Of a DNA stretch of 35,625 nucleotides, positions 26,022 to 35,057 are shown piece by piece. A model generated the notes under the pieces. The model was not told the DNA's origin. It saw only the letters and a list, made by a program, of their open reading frames with translations, and did not search any database. The stretch's first letter is position 1, and each line of letters starts with the position of its first letter. The stretch lies in the IMG/VR virus record IMGVR_UViG_3300011444_000008, positions 1 to 35,625 of that record; one strand, written 5' to 3'. Source of the stretch: a virus (lineage: Duplodnaviria > Caudoviricetes). A program made the translations under genes and the position numbers.

Positions 26022-27233
26022 TTAAGACAGTACTTTGACTGCATACTGTGCATGCCACTTGAAGCCACAAAGTAAATCGATACGCATATAGTTTTGGTAG
26101 CCCAAGATGTCGCCTGTTTGAGTAACAGCAAGAGACAATCCAGTTTCAGGGTCAACCGCAACAGACGCATAAGGTACTTGCAGTTTATAAAGAGGCGGAC
26201 AAACGATATCCAAACCACGGCTTGGGTAAGCCACGTTACAGTTGTAAGAGCCTACCAAAGTAACAGGAGCGTTATTAGGTATAGGGTTACTTACGTTTCT
26301 GTTCGGGTTTTGAGTATCAGAGATAATGATAGGAGCAACTTGTACTGATAAGTTACCACCGCCATCAGAACTTGCATTGGCAGTTACTACCCACTGCATA
26401 TCCTGACCAGTAGCAGCACGACCTACGGGGTTAACAGACTGTACGCCCTCGATAGAGAACACATCACCAACTACGAAGTAGTCAGCTATAGAGACTGTCG
26501 CGCCATCCATAAGGATTGTGTTACCAGAAGCTACCGCACCATTAACCAACAGCGCATCAGATGAATACAGGCGTGGGCCAGCACCAGCTACGTGATGTTT
26601 AATATTCTGAGATTGGAATATATCGAAATACGATAAGTGACCAATTGCAGAAGAACGCACGATGTCTTCGTTAAATACAGGAGTGAAGTTATTAAGCAGC
26701 GCACCTTTTAAGCTAGAACCATCTCGTACAGTCATTGCCATGTAAGCATCAGATGCAATATTCACACCTTGCTCAAGCAATTTAGCACCAGCAGTATCTA
26801 CAGTGGTGAACGAGTTAATAGCCACACCAGCAGTACCAGTGAAGAAGTTAAGCTCTTGTTCAGCAGCTTGCGCAATGTCTTTTTCCATCTGGGTAATTAC
26901 TTCCTGTATTGCAGGAGCAATAAACAGACGTGAAAAGTCCTCAATCCGCAAAGACAAGTCTTGGATTGTGTAGGCAATCAACGCATGGTATTGATGCGCG
27001 ATAACAATTGTCTCAACAGTTTCTATGATTGACTGTGGAGTTGCCACGCTACCATCACCAACGATGAAATGGTTTTGTCTACGAACTTGTAATGTATCGC
27101 CAATCTTATAACCAGAAGACACGAAGTCATCTTGGTAAATACGAGAAGCCGTCATTACAAACGGTGCATTGTTGGCAAACATTGCCAACGCAGTGTTACT
27201 GACTAAGTCAGTAGTAATAAATTGGTTAGCCAT
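26022..27233 (-). CDS. Major capsid protein, P22 gp5 type
   Basis: MANQFIT.., KIGDTLQVR, F..FQSQN, GDVFSIEGV.SVNP, RIDLLCG motifs. Confidence 0.92.
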   Translation of the reverse strand: MANQFITTDLVSNTALAMFANNAPFVMTASRIYQDDFVSSGYKIGDTLQVRRQNHFIVGDGSVATPQSIIETVETIVIAHQYHALIAYTIQDLSLRIEDFSRLFIAPAIQEVITQMEKDIAQAAEQELNFFTGTAGVAINSFTTVDTAGAKLLEQGVNIASDAYMAMTVRDGSSLKGALLNNFTPVFNEDIVRSSAIGHLSYFDIFQSQNIKHHVAGAGPRLYSSDALLVNGAVASGNTILMDGATVSIADYFVVGDVFSIEGVQSVNPVGRAATGQDMQWVVTANASSDGGGNLSVQVAPIIISDTQNPNRNVSNPIPNNAPVTLVGSYNCNVAYPSRGLDIVCPPLYKLQVPYASVAVDPETGLSLAVTQTGDILGYQNYMRIDLLCGFKWHAQYAVKVLS

Positions 27234-27242
27234 CCTGGGTCT

Positions 27243-27308
27243 CCATTTAATCCTTTAAATGGGTACACAGACTGACAAGGGTCTCATTGAGTTTTAATCC
27301 TTTAAAAC
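27243..27308 (-). promoter_or_regulatory. Two AGGA-loop hairpins in the capsid leader (CsrA-type sites)
   Basis: GTTTTAA-AGGA-TTAAAAC and CCATTTAA-AGGA-TTAAATGG. Confidence 0.6.
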
Positions 27309-27314
27309 CCTACA

Positions 27315-28112
27315 TCACTTCCATGTACCAGCCTTCATCCGCGCCCTGATAACAGAGGGCGGAGTCTTACCTGTAACGTCTTGGGAAGCGACTGGGTTTG
27401 CTCTAACAGAACCTAATGGAGCAGAACGGTTTCCCGATTGCTTTGTTCCATTGTTTCCCATCAGAGAAAACGACAGTTTGTTCACTTCCCTTGCCTGGTC
27501 TAGGGGATGGAGTTTAGAGATTCTTTGCAACTCAGAACGATTTTTGCCTAGGCGATACGCAACTTCTGCTGGGTTTTCAACGAGTAACAGCGCGTCCCGC
27601 ACTGCGTCAGAAAAGGGAGCATCGCCCTCTCTTACGACATCGTCAAAATCCTCGTACTTGTCAGAGGCACGGTCAAACTCATCATTCAAGCGCTGATATT
27701 GCTTTTGAACATGGGCATGGCTTTGCGCCTCTTTAGCTTGGCGCTCTTCGTGTTCCCTCATTCCAAGAGCCATGCGTACTGCACGTGATATGCGTTCCTC
27801 TTCATTCGCACCAGGAGCCGGAGGCTGTCCAGGCGAATCATAAGCGGTTTGTTGATGGTGAGGATTAGCAGAGTCGCTCATCACTGATTGCATATGCGTT
27901 AAACGCTCATGCAAACTGCGAATTTCCCTAGCGTGTTTCTTCGCTTGCATTCCCAAACGCTTCTTTACGCTAATGGGGTCGTCCTCTTGTGCAAGTCCCT
28001 GGTCGTCCTGAACACCCTGTTCTTCGGCATCACCTGGGCCTACCCCGCCATTCTCAACATCTTCATTATCGCCACTTAAAGCTTCGGCTTGTTCGTTTTG
28101 GTCTTCGTCCAT
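27315..28112 (-). CDS. Scaffolding protein
   Basis: Acidic N-terminus, coiled coil, KYEDFDDVV, AEVAYRLGKN; lies between portal and coat. Confidence 0.85.
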   Translation of the reverse strand: MDEDQNEQAEALSGDNEDVENGGVGPGDAEEQGVQDDQGLAQEDDPISVKKRLGMQAKKHAREIRSLHERLTHMQSVMSDSANPHHQQTAYDSPGQPPAPGANEEERISRAVRMALGMREHEERQAKEAQSHAHVQKQYQRLNDEFDRASDKYEDFDDVVREGDAPFSDAVRDALLLVENPAEVAYRLGKNRSELQRISKLHPLDQAREVNKLSFSLMGNNGTKQSGNRSAPLGSVRANPVASQDVTGKTPPSVIRARMKAGTWK

Positions 28113-28202
28113 GATTTCTCTATCTCCATATCGACACTTCTTGTGCCCTAGACCTTACGGTAGGCCTGAGACCCAGAGGGAATCCTTCCCTCGATAGTTA
28201 AA

Positions 28203-28209
28203 AGTATAG
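28203..28209 (-). promoter_or_regulatory. Putative -10 element CTATACT for scaffold/capsid
   Basis: RpoS-type -10 consensus about 90 nt upstream of the scaffold ATG. Confidence 0.4.
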
Positions 28210-28327
28210 TCCTCGTATAGAAGCCTTTAAACCCCGTATATAGGATTTGGAAAATAGTTTGTGGTTTATCAGGGGTTATCAGAGATAATTGAATAGCGAG
28301 CCGATTTAGCCCGCTACGTAAAGGTTT

Positions 28328-30523
28328 TTATCTTTCTTTGGATGGGGATTTGTGAATGCTTGACAAAACTTGCGCCAATTTGGCACTAAAGTCTTTATCG
28401 GCTTTGTCATAATCCAATTCAACCTTTTGATGCTCAAGTCCTAGTTTCTGGCGCTCAAGATGTCTCTTGTCTGCCATTTCCTGGGACTTCATTATCATTT
28501 CGGCCTGTTCGAGCAAGTGCTTTTCTTTGCGAATCTTCAACTCTTCGGCACGCTCCATGAGTTGTTGCTCTTCAAGGTGCATTTTTTGCTCATTCATCAT
28601 CATTTGTTGCTGTTGCGCTTTCATTTGCGCTTGCATCATTTGTTCTTGAGGGCTTGGTGGTTGGGGTGGTAGTTTCTTACCTTCCTCTTCGGCAATAATC
28701 TGAGGTGGAACCAGAGATTTAAAGCGGGAAGCAATCTGTGGCATAAACTGTACGTCCAAGTTTTTCGCCCAAAGGTCAGCAATAAGCGGAAAGGTCTGCG
28801 GATTTGCCTGTATTGTCTGTTGGAAAAATTCAAGTGCAATGTCTTTTTGCACCGCAAAACTCGGCCCTGTATCGATTTCAACATCATAATCACCTGTATC
28901 AAGTACATTATCTCGGATGGGTTCACCATTTTCAGACTGCCCAGTGACCTTGTTTAATGTAATGGGTTCACTGCGTCCATCAGCTTTAGAAACAATCATG
29001 TGTCGCTCATGTTCTCCGGCAATTATGGGCAAGAGGTCATTTACAACCCGTCCGCCCTGCTCAACTGCTTGGTTTAAGTTATCAAACCACACGTAAGCCG
29101 ACATTGACCCTTCCATTTTGCGCTCACGCCTGGCTTTGCCGGACATATCACGACCTTGGAGTGCTTCATTTTCAGAGAAGCCCAGTATTTCACGCATGTC
29201 TTGCGAACCACGTTGGAATTGTTGCAAAAGGGTAGGCGATAGTTCCCATGCTGGCATTTTTTGCGGCAATGCCCCTGTTTTGGGGTCGGGTTTCGCTGTA
29301 AGAATACCCGCCTGTAATTCAGGGTTACGCCACACTTGCTCATTACCGACAATGTTATCGGGTGTGCCAAGCCATTGCTCACGTCTACGGTTCTTAATCT
29401 CTGCTGCAATCTCAGAACCTACATAGTTAATGAATTTCTGCGCGTCCTTTGCTTCATGAATGAACGAACGGGTGTATTGCTTACCATTAATGTAATTGGA
29501 ATCACCGTCAACAAATACGATAGGCAGGTATTTTGATGGCCAGTCGGTGAACTCGATAATTTGATTCTGGGTTAATATGTACTGGCGAATTATATAGTCT
29601 TTAGAATTTCGCTCACCAACAATGGTTGGGATGTCGCGCAATATAATATCCCCAACGACTTGTGAGGATTTGGCTATTTCCTCCTTAATCTTGTACTCTT
29701 TTTGTCTCTCGTCCCATTCTTCTTGGGTGACTGACTCGCCATTGGATAAAAGCAGTAGCTTAATAGGGAACCATTCTTTACGGGTATACTTGCAAACCAC
29801 TATGGTATCGCGGGTTTCCCATTGGAAATCCAGCAATGACCTTGGGTCTGAGTAACTAACAGGGTTCATTACATGCGGGTAAGTCGCATAAAATTCTTCT
29901 TTGGTATACAGGTATTGTCGCGAACAAAAGTTACCATCCCCTTTGTGGGGCATCATAGCTGTAGGGTCAAATGATGTTCGACTAGCATCAGGGATTAATT
30001 CATAGCGTATGGTTTGGTTAAATGACAGTGGGTTTTCGTAGTCCAGGCATATCTCGAACGCACCATAACCCATCATCAATGCTGACCTAAACGCTGTTTG
30101 ATAAACTAAATCATTCTGGCTTTTGTACGATATGGTTCTAACTAAGTCAGCACGTAAGTCGATTTGCTTTTGATTTGCTTTGCCATTGAGAGAGCGTACC
30201 ATAAGGTCTGGCTTGTTCTTTCGCTGTTCCCCTGCAATCTTCTTGGTGACATCGTAAAGTTTATTGAATGTCATGGCGGGTTTAAACAGGCGTGAGAACT
30301 CAGACCTTTCTACTGCTGACCACTGGTCACGCAATAAGAAGTTCATGTCATCACGTCCGCGCACAACGTTTTCATCGAAGTACCCATCCCAAAGGACTAG
30401 GTCTTCGCGTGCTCTTTTTAGTACTTCAGCCTCATCGATTCCAGCGTCTTCTAGTCGTGACTGTAGACGCTCGTTGATTTCCTCAACATCTTCAATGGGC
30501 ATTTGTTCAGCAATAATTTCCAT
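28328..30523 (-). CDS. Portal protein, P22 gp1 type
   Basis: DQW, P..TFN.L, AKDAQ..INY, SGKA, YDV.IDTGPSF motifs and a long C-terminal coiled-coil barrel. Confidence 0.92.
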   Translation of the reverse strand: MEIIAEQMPIEDVEEINERLQSRLEDAGIDEAEVLKRAREDLVLWDGYFDENVVRGRDDMNFLLRDQWSAVERSEFSRLFKPAMTFNKLYDVTKKIAGEQRKNKPDLMVRSLNGKANQKQIDLRADLVRTISYKSQNDLVYQTAFRSALMMGYGAFEICLDYENPLSFNQTIRYELIPDASRTSFDPTAMMPHKGDGNFCSRQYLYTKEEFYATYPHVMNPVSYSDPRSLLDFQWETRDTIVVCKYTRKEWFPIKLLLLSNGESVTQEEWDERQKEYKIKEEIAKSSQVVGDIILRDIPTIVGERNSKDYIIRQYILTQNQIIEFTDWPSKYLPIVFVDGDSNYINGKQYTRSFIHEAKDAQKFINYVGSEIAAEIKNRRREQWLGTPDNIVGNEQVWRNPELQAGILTAKPDPKTGALPQKMPAWELSPTLLQQFQRGSQDMREILGFSENEALQGRDMSGKARRERKMEGSMSAYVWFDNLNQAVEQGGRVVNDLLPIIAGEHERHMIVSKADGRSEPITLNKVTGQSENGEPIRDNVLDTGDYDVEIDTGPSFAVQKDIALEFFQQTIQANPQTFPLIADLWAKNLDVQFMPQIASRFKSLVPPQIIAEEEGKKLPPQPPSPQEQMMQAQMKAQQQQMMMNEQKMHLEEQQLMERAEELKIRKEKHLLEQAEMIMKSQEMADKRHLERQKLGLEHQKVELDYDKADKDFSAKLAQVLSSIHKSPSKER

Positions 30524-30623
30524 GCCAATTCCCCGTCCGTTGGGTTAAATACCTTGTCCTTAAGTAGCGACTTTAACAATTCCATGTCAAAGTCGCCTTT
30601 TAACGCCCTAATCTAAGTGTGTT

Positions 30624-30869
30624 TTAAGCAGCTTCTGCAACTTCTGCGTCAACAGCTTCTTTGGGTAATTCAAATTCTTGCCAGTCATCAGAGATTAAGT
30701 CTTCAACTGAGAATATAAAATTACCTGCATTTGTAGATGGGGTAATCACTACTTTCCACACATGAGTCATACCAGGCATAAGAGATAAATAACCCTCGCT
30801 GATGTCCCATGCTTTACGATGCATTTGTTTACCTGCCTGTAAATTCGCTAAAGCTTCTTGCAATAACAT
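30624..30869 (-). CDS. Tad2/DUF2829-like single-domain protein
   Basis: EALANLQAGKQMHRKAW...SVEDLISDDWQ. Confidence 0.7.
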   Translation of the reverse strand: MLLQEALANLQAGKQMHRKAWDISEGYLSLMPGMTHVWKVVITPSTNAGNFIFSVEDLISDDWQEFELPKEAVDAEVAEAA

Positions 30870-30881
30870 ACTTCTATCTCC

Positions 30882-31142
30882 TTATGGATTAACGGTTAAT
30901 TGGCATGAGCCATTTGTAAATACGGGCTTATAGGTCTGATGACCATCGGAAGCAACAGTAAATACAAAGTCGGTATCAAGCAAAGCAATGCTTTGTGTTT
31001 TTAAATAGTTGTCGAGATAACCCGCTGCGCTTACTTCGGCTAGCGTGTTGGTTGGGCAATATAAACGGCATAGTCTAGGGGTGACATCGTTGTTTTCCCC
31101 TGCAAAACTGCATATTAAAGTGATTTGTGATTGACGTGACAT
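30882..31142 (-). CDS. Hypothetical protein (possibly virion-associated)
   Basis: T.AEV.AAGYLD motif; GGAG SD. Confidence 0.6.
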   Translation of the reverse strand: MSRQSQITLICSFAGENNDVTPRLCRLYCPTNTLAEVSAAGYLDNYLKTQSIALLDTDFVFTVASDGHQTYKPVFTNGSCQLTVNP

Positions 31143-31153
31143 TTCTAGCTCCC

Positions 31154-31309
31154 TTAGTTTTTACCTACAAGTTTTAAGATTTTGCCACCATGTCGTCTTG
31201 TCATAGCAGCAACCACCATATTAAATTGTTTCTCGCACTCGGTACACCTATCTCTATTGTTTAGGTTCGTTACAAATCGACCGCAATACTTACATCTAAC
31301 ATTACTCAT
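31154..31309 (-). CDS. Small zinc-finger protein, 51 aa
   Basis: Manual translation MSNVRCKYCGR...CTECEK; ATGA coupling. Confidence 0.55.
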   Translation of the reverse strand: MSNVRCKYCGRFVTNLNNRDRCTECEKQFNMVVAAMTRRHGGKILKLVGKN

Positions 31310-31791
31310 CTTACATTCCACTTACTTGTTATAATTCTTTGGCCACTATAACCCATCCTTTCGGCCAAGTTCCTTTGCTTCTCTTTTATCAATTGCTCTT
31401 CTCTAATCAGTAATTTCACTCGATACTCTTCAAGTTTCACCAACTCTTTTTGTCGGTTATCTTCGCGTTCCTGTATCTCGCGCTCTAATTCTTCTAGCCT
31501 TATTTTCTCACTAGCAACAAGCCTAATTCTGTCTTTATCTCGTTTCGCATCTTCTTCTTTACGCTCTCTCAATGAACGTTCCTCTCTTGATTCCCAGCAC
31601 CTTAAGCCTTGTTCTCGCTCTAATCTTTCCTTGAGTACACAATACTCGTAACTTGGTTCTTTTCCTGGTTCAATCCAATCTGAGAGGCATGTATTGCCGT
31701 TCAGGGTAGTTAGCTTGTCAATGTTAAGCTTGCCTGTTTCTAAATCTTTATGTCTGTAATCGAATAAGTACTCGTGGTGCGAGTGGTTCAT
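31306..31791 (-). CDS. Coiled-coil hypothetical protein
   Basis: E/R/K-rich coupled ORF. Confidence 0.65.
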   Translation of the reverse strand: MNHSHHEYLFDYRHKDLETGKLNIDKLTTLNGNTCLSDWIEPGKEPSYEYCVLKERLEREQGLRCWESREERSLRERKEEDAKRDKDRIRLVASEKIRLEELEREIQEREDNRQKELVKLEEYRVKLLIREEQLIKEKQRNLAERMGYSGQRIITSKWNVR

Positions 31792-32027
31792 TCTTCATTT
31801 ATCTCCTGAGCATGAACCACCAGGTCAAAAGAAACCATGTATTCACCTGTGAGACCTGACTTTGATAATTGCATAGCAGCCCTATCGATTAATTCATGCA
31901 AACAAGGCGTAACAATAGCTTCTTTCATTGCAAAGAATGCCTTGGTTCCTTGTTCTTCCCCACTTGGCGAAATCCTTGTAATCACATTGCACTTATCAAT
32001 TAATTTGGCGTGACCTTTAAATCTCAT
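31788..32027 (-). CDS. Hypothetical protein
   Basis: Coupled to the terL stop. Confidence 0.6.
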   Translation of the reverse strand: MRFKGHAKLIDKCNVITRISPSGEEQGTKAFFAMKEAIVTPCLHELIDRAAMQLSKSGLTGEYMVSFDLVVHAQEINEE

Positions 32028-33586
32028 TAAAATATCCTCATTACAGGGTTAAACATGTTTTCATACTTGTTGCTCTCTACTTTGTCATTTGTTATGCGGT
32101 CACTTGCAAGCTCTAAGCATCCATAGCCCAGGCCGTCCATAGCATGTGAGTACACATTTTTGTTTGGTTTATCTTTGTATCGTTCCTCGCCACCTACTGC
32201 AACTCGTGCGTAGACGTAGCCTTTAACAAACCCTTTGAATAGAGTTGGGCATTGTTTCTTATCGAGTAAAAATCCTGGCTTGCCATCGACCATTCGGTTT
32301 AGGAAGTAGCGGACGGAGCCTAGGCGTGGGTCAATGTCGTTGGTTCTTGCTGAGTGCGTGGGAATGCCTAGGGTATTTAGTTCACCGATACAGGACATTT
32401 CCTCTACGATTTCATTTCGTGCGTTCCCTGCGGGATCTGCTACAGACATGCCTATTTTACAATAGGGAAAGTCTTTGGCTATTTGTGGAATGACAATTGA
32501 TTCGGCAAAGCTTCTGATGCCCATACCATCGGCAATATATTCTTTGAGTATAAGTAACTGGCCTCTAGGGGATAGCTGCATTACGACACACGCAGGGGTT
32601 AAACCAAAGTCCCAACCTAGAACAAGATGCTCTCCTTGAATAGCTGCCAGAGAATCAACAGCGTGAAAATCGGGATTAAATTCTGGATAAACTCGTTTAC
32701 CAAACCCAACAGCGCCATACTCACCAAGACAAAACACCTTAATAAACTCTTGAGACTGTCCTTGGGCGAGCTTCTCGTAGTAATCGCTAGGCAAATGAGC
32801 AAAGTTATCACACGCTGGATTTCGTACCCACTTGTCATCTTCATCCTTAAGTAAACCAGGTGGTTGTTTAAATAACCTGTGACCCTCGTATGTGTTTTCC
32901 TCAAAGTCTTTGAATATCCAATGGTCATCTTCTGGCGGGTTGGTGTCTGCAATGATGCCAGACCAATACGGTTCATGACAAAATGCCTTTGAAGGGTAGC
33001 GATTCACCCGTCCTTTCATGTGGGCAAGTGCTGCCTTTGGGACTTCGGATAACTCGTTAATGTAGCAGCCTGTTAGCTCTAAGGATTTAATCTTGCGCAC
33101 ATCTTCTGGTCTATCAAGTGCTATGAATAATAGCTCAAGCTCTACAATGCCAAATCCATCATTAAAGCTATGTTCGTACATCAATATAGGCTTTTGTCTT
33201 TTGCGTACATCGCCTAAATCTTCGAACCAACTAAGCCAAGTTGCTAGGGTTGTTGTGGCAAGCTCGCCAGAAGTATTTCGCACAATTCCCCACCGGCTTC
33301 GTCTTCTACCGTTATGCCAACGTGGAACTGCGCAAGCTCTTCTAACAATTTCTGCTGCTGCCCATGTACTCTTTCCGCTACCATAAGGCCCCATAATGAC
33401 ACGCACAAAGCTATCATCGATATGAGCAATATCACCAGTCGCAGTTGGAATATAGATTTTATCCTGGTCTTTAGCATGTATCGTCATCCTTGTATCGTTG
33501 ATAGTAATTTGCTTCTCTATGCCTTTTCTGCGCGAGTCTTCAATTGCTGCAATTCGTTTGGCCATAGCTGATGCGCTTAACGTCAT
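32027..33586 (-). CDS. terL: Terminase large subunit
   Basis: Walker A GPYGSGKS, Walker B CYINE, DTNPP motif, nuclease GWDFG and SHAMD. Confidence 0.95.
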   Translation of the reverse strand: MTLSASAMAKRIAAIEDSRRKGIEKQITINDTRMTIHAKDQDKIYIPTATGDIAHIDDSFVRVIMGPYGSGKSTWAAAEIVRRACAVPRWHNGRRRSRWGIVRNTSGELATTTLATWLSWFEDLGDVRKRQKPILMYEHSFNDGFGIVELELLFIALDRPEDVRKIKSLELTGCYINELSEVPKAALAHMKGRVNRYPSKAFCHEPYWSGIIADTNPPEDDHWIFKDFEENTYEGHRLFKQPPGLLKDEDDKWVRNPACDNFAHLPSDYYEKLAQGQSQEFIKVFCLGEYGAVGFGKRVYPEFNPDFHAVDSLAAIQGEHLVLGWDFGLTPACVVMQLSPRGQLLILKEYIADGMGIRSFAESIVIPQIAKDFPYCKIGMSVADPAGNARNEIVEEMSCIGELNTLGIPTHSARTNDIDPRLGSVRYFLNRMVDGKPGFLLDKKQCPTLFKGFVKGYVYARVAVGGEERYKDKPNKNVYSHAMDGLGYGCLELASDRITNDKVESNKYENMFNPVMRIF

Positions 33587-33777
33587 TTCTCTAAAATCCT
33601 TTTAGGCGGTGTGGTTTTGTAGGGTGAACGCTCGTAGGTTTCCCGCATATGCTCTTGGGTATTGAAGCGCACACCGCACTTGACGCACTCGCGTCTTCGG
33701 TACACTTGGTTGTTCCTATCATCCTTTTTCGTGTCAACAACCAGGGAATCGGGATAGCCACAATTGCGACATTGCAC
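33583..33777 (-). CDS. NrdR-like zinc-ribbon protein (no ATP cone)
   Basis: MQCRNCG..S.VVDT...RRRECVKCG.RFNTQE. Confidence 0.8.
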   Translation of the reverse strand: MQCRNCGYPDSLVVDTKKDDRNNQVYRRRECVKCGVRFNTQEHMRETYERSPYKTTPPKRILEK

Positions 33778-33962
33778 TATTTTCTTACCCCTCGTAAAGT
33801 TCGACTCATTGACACCTTTAATGATGGCGTGTGTCTCTCTTTGGGCTTGCGTGTTTGATGCTCGAAGTCGTTCTTATGCGCGTAAGATTCATAGGCAGGT
33901 GCTGTTTCGGCTGCTTTCTTCTTCTTGACTTTTTCTATCCAAGTGTTTCTGATTACGGCCAT
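33777..33962 (-). CDS. Small basic protein
   Basis: Coupled ORF, K/R-rich. Confidence 0.55.
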   Translation of the reverse strand: MAVIRNTWIEKVKKKKAAETAPAYESYAHKNDFEHQTRKPKERHTPSLKVSMSRTLRGVRK

Positions 33963-34076
33963 TTCCTATGTCCTTATTCTTACGCTCCATCCTGCGAGCA
34001 TTACGTGCCGATATAAATGGGCTGCGCACTTTGTAACTACCGCAACCCATCTTGAACCCGTTAGTTCCCGACCCGT

Positions 34077-34253
34077 TCATTTCTTCATTTTACCTAGTGT
34101 TTCAGCTAACCTTGCTCGCTGTCCTAGCTTGCCTGGTGCCTTAGATGCTTTATCTAAAGTCTTCTTGGGTATCTTCTTATCTTTGGGAATGCCTAGCTCT
34201 TTGTGTAATGCGCCAGGCTTCTTGATGGCTTTAGCTATGAAGTCCTTAGCCAT
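34077..34253 (-). CDS. Small basic phage protein, 58 aa (AIKKPGALHKELG...GQRARLAETL)
   Basis: Manual translation; a motif I recall from uncultured phages; GGAG SD. Confidence 0.75.
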   Translation of the reverse strand: MAKDFIAKAIKKPGALHKELGIPKDKKIPKKTLDKASKAPGKLGQRARLAETLGKMKK

Positions 34254-34434
34254 TGTCTTTGTCTCCTATAACGCCATCACCGTTTAAATCAGCTTGTAGC
34301 TTTTCCTCTGCCCACTCTAAGGCCTCGTTAGCTAGCTTCTTCAATAGGTTTAATAGGAATGATGCAAGTTCAGGTTCAAGGGATTTAAGCTCACGCTCTA
34401 GTACAGGTTGTAACATAGATGAAAATAATGACAT
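34246..34434 (-). CDS. Hypothetical protein with a DLNGDG (EF-hand-like) C-terminus
   Basis: AAGGA SD before ATG 34434. Confidence 0.65.
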   Translation of the reverse strand: MSLFSSMLQPVLERELKSLEPELASFLLNLLKKLANEALEWAEEKLQADLNGDGVIGDKDNG

Positions 34435-34444
34435 GGCTATATCC

Positions 34445-34615
34445 TTATAACGATTCAATCATGTGGTCGATTTCAATAATTGCGCCCTTCATGTTCGCAA
34501 TTTCCTTTTTGATGACCTTTACCCTCTCTTGAAGCAATTCAAGCTCAGACATACTTCTGATTTGTGTCTCGGTTAAAGAGTCCCTTCTGTTTTGCAATAC
34601 ATCCAATGTAATCAC
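34445..34615 (-). CDS. Small coiled-coil protein, 56 aa (GTG start)
   Basis: Manual translation; AAGGAG SD. Confidence 0.6.
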   Translation of the reverse strand: MITLDVLQNRRDSLTETQIRSMSELELLQERVKVIKKEIANMKGAIIEIDHMIESL

Positions 34616-34642
34616 GTAACACTCCTTGTTATGAAGAGCGCA

Positions 34643-34936
34643 TCATGCGCCCTGTCTCTTCGCCTCTCTCTTGGCTGCTATCATTTCCGCAACCTTCCTG
34701 GCTTCGGGATAATGTTTGTTATCATCGAATAACACCACGCGCCCTTGTTCAAAGTAATCAGTCATCATATCGGACTCATTGATATAACCATCCTGGAGCA
34801 CATGGCGTAAGTTTCTACACCAGTCACGCGCATAAATGGTTACACATTTACGCTTATCAATCCGCCCATCCATGTGGTAACTAACCTTCGCTTTAAACAA
34901 GTCATTCGCAACGTAATACTGTCTGAACTTAATCAT
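34643..34936 (-). CDS. Hypothetical protein (N.SD.MTDYFE motif)
   Basis: GAGG SD before ATG 34936. Confidence 0.7.
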   Translation of the reverse strand: MIKFRQYYVANDLFKAKVSYHMDGRIDKRKCVTIYARDWCRNLRHVLQDGYINESDMMTDYFEQGRVVLFDDNKHYPEARKVAEMIAAKREAKRQGA

Positions 34937-35019
34937 TAGTAATACCTCACAATTGCGTAAAGACCTACTACACCCAGCGAACAGCCTATGGTTAAGAACA
35001 ACATCAACACATTCAACAT
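34936..35019 (-). CDS. 27-aa hydrophobic peptide
   Basis: MLNVLMLFLTIGCSLGVVGLYAIVRYY; GAGG SD; TAATG coupling to the next gene. Confidence 0.55.
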   Translation of the reverse strand: MLNVLMLFLTIGCSLGVVGLYAIVRYY

Positions 35020-35057
35020 TTAACACCTCACGTTTACAACAATTAACAACATGAGGG

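Noticed and set aside
26009-26218. N-terminal extension of the 25799..26218 ORF overlapping the capsid end (possible capsid frameshift fusion)
   Set aside because: A good SD and ATG at 26008 explain the gene; no clear slippery site was identified
14182-33858. Numerous plus-strand ORFs antisense to structural genes
   Set aside because: Shadow frames of long coding genes, without SDs or motifs
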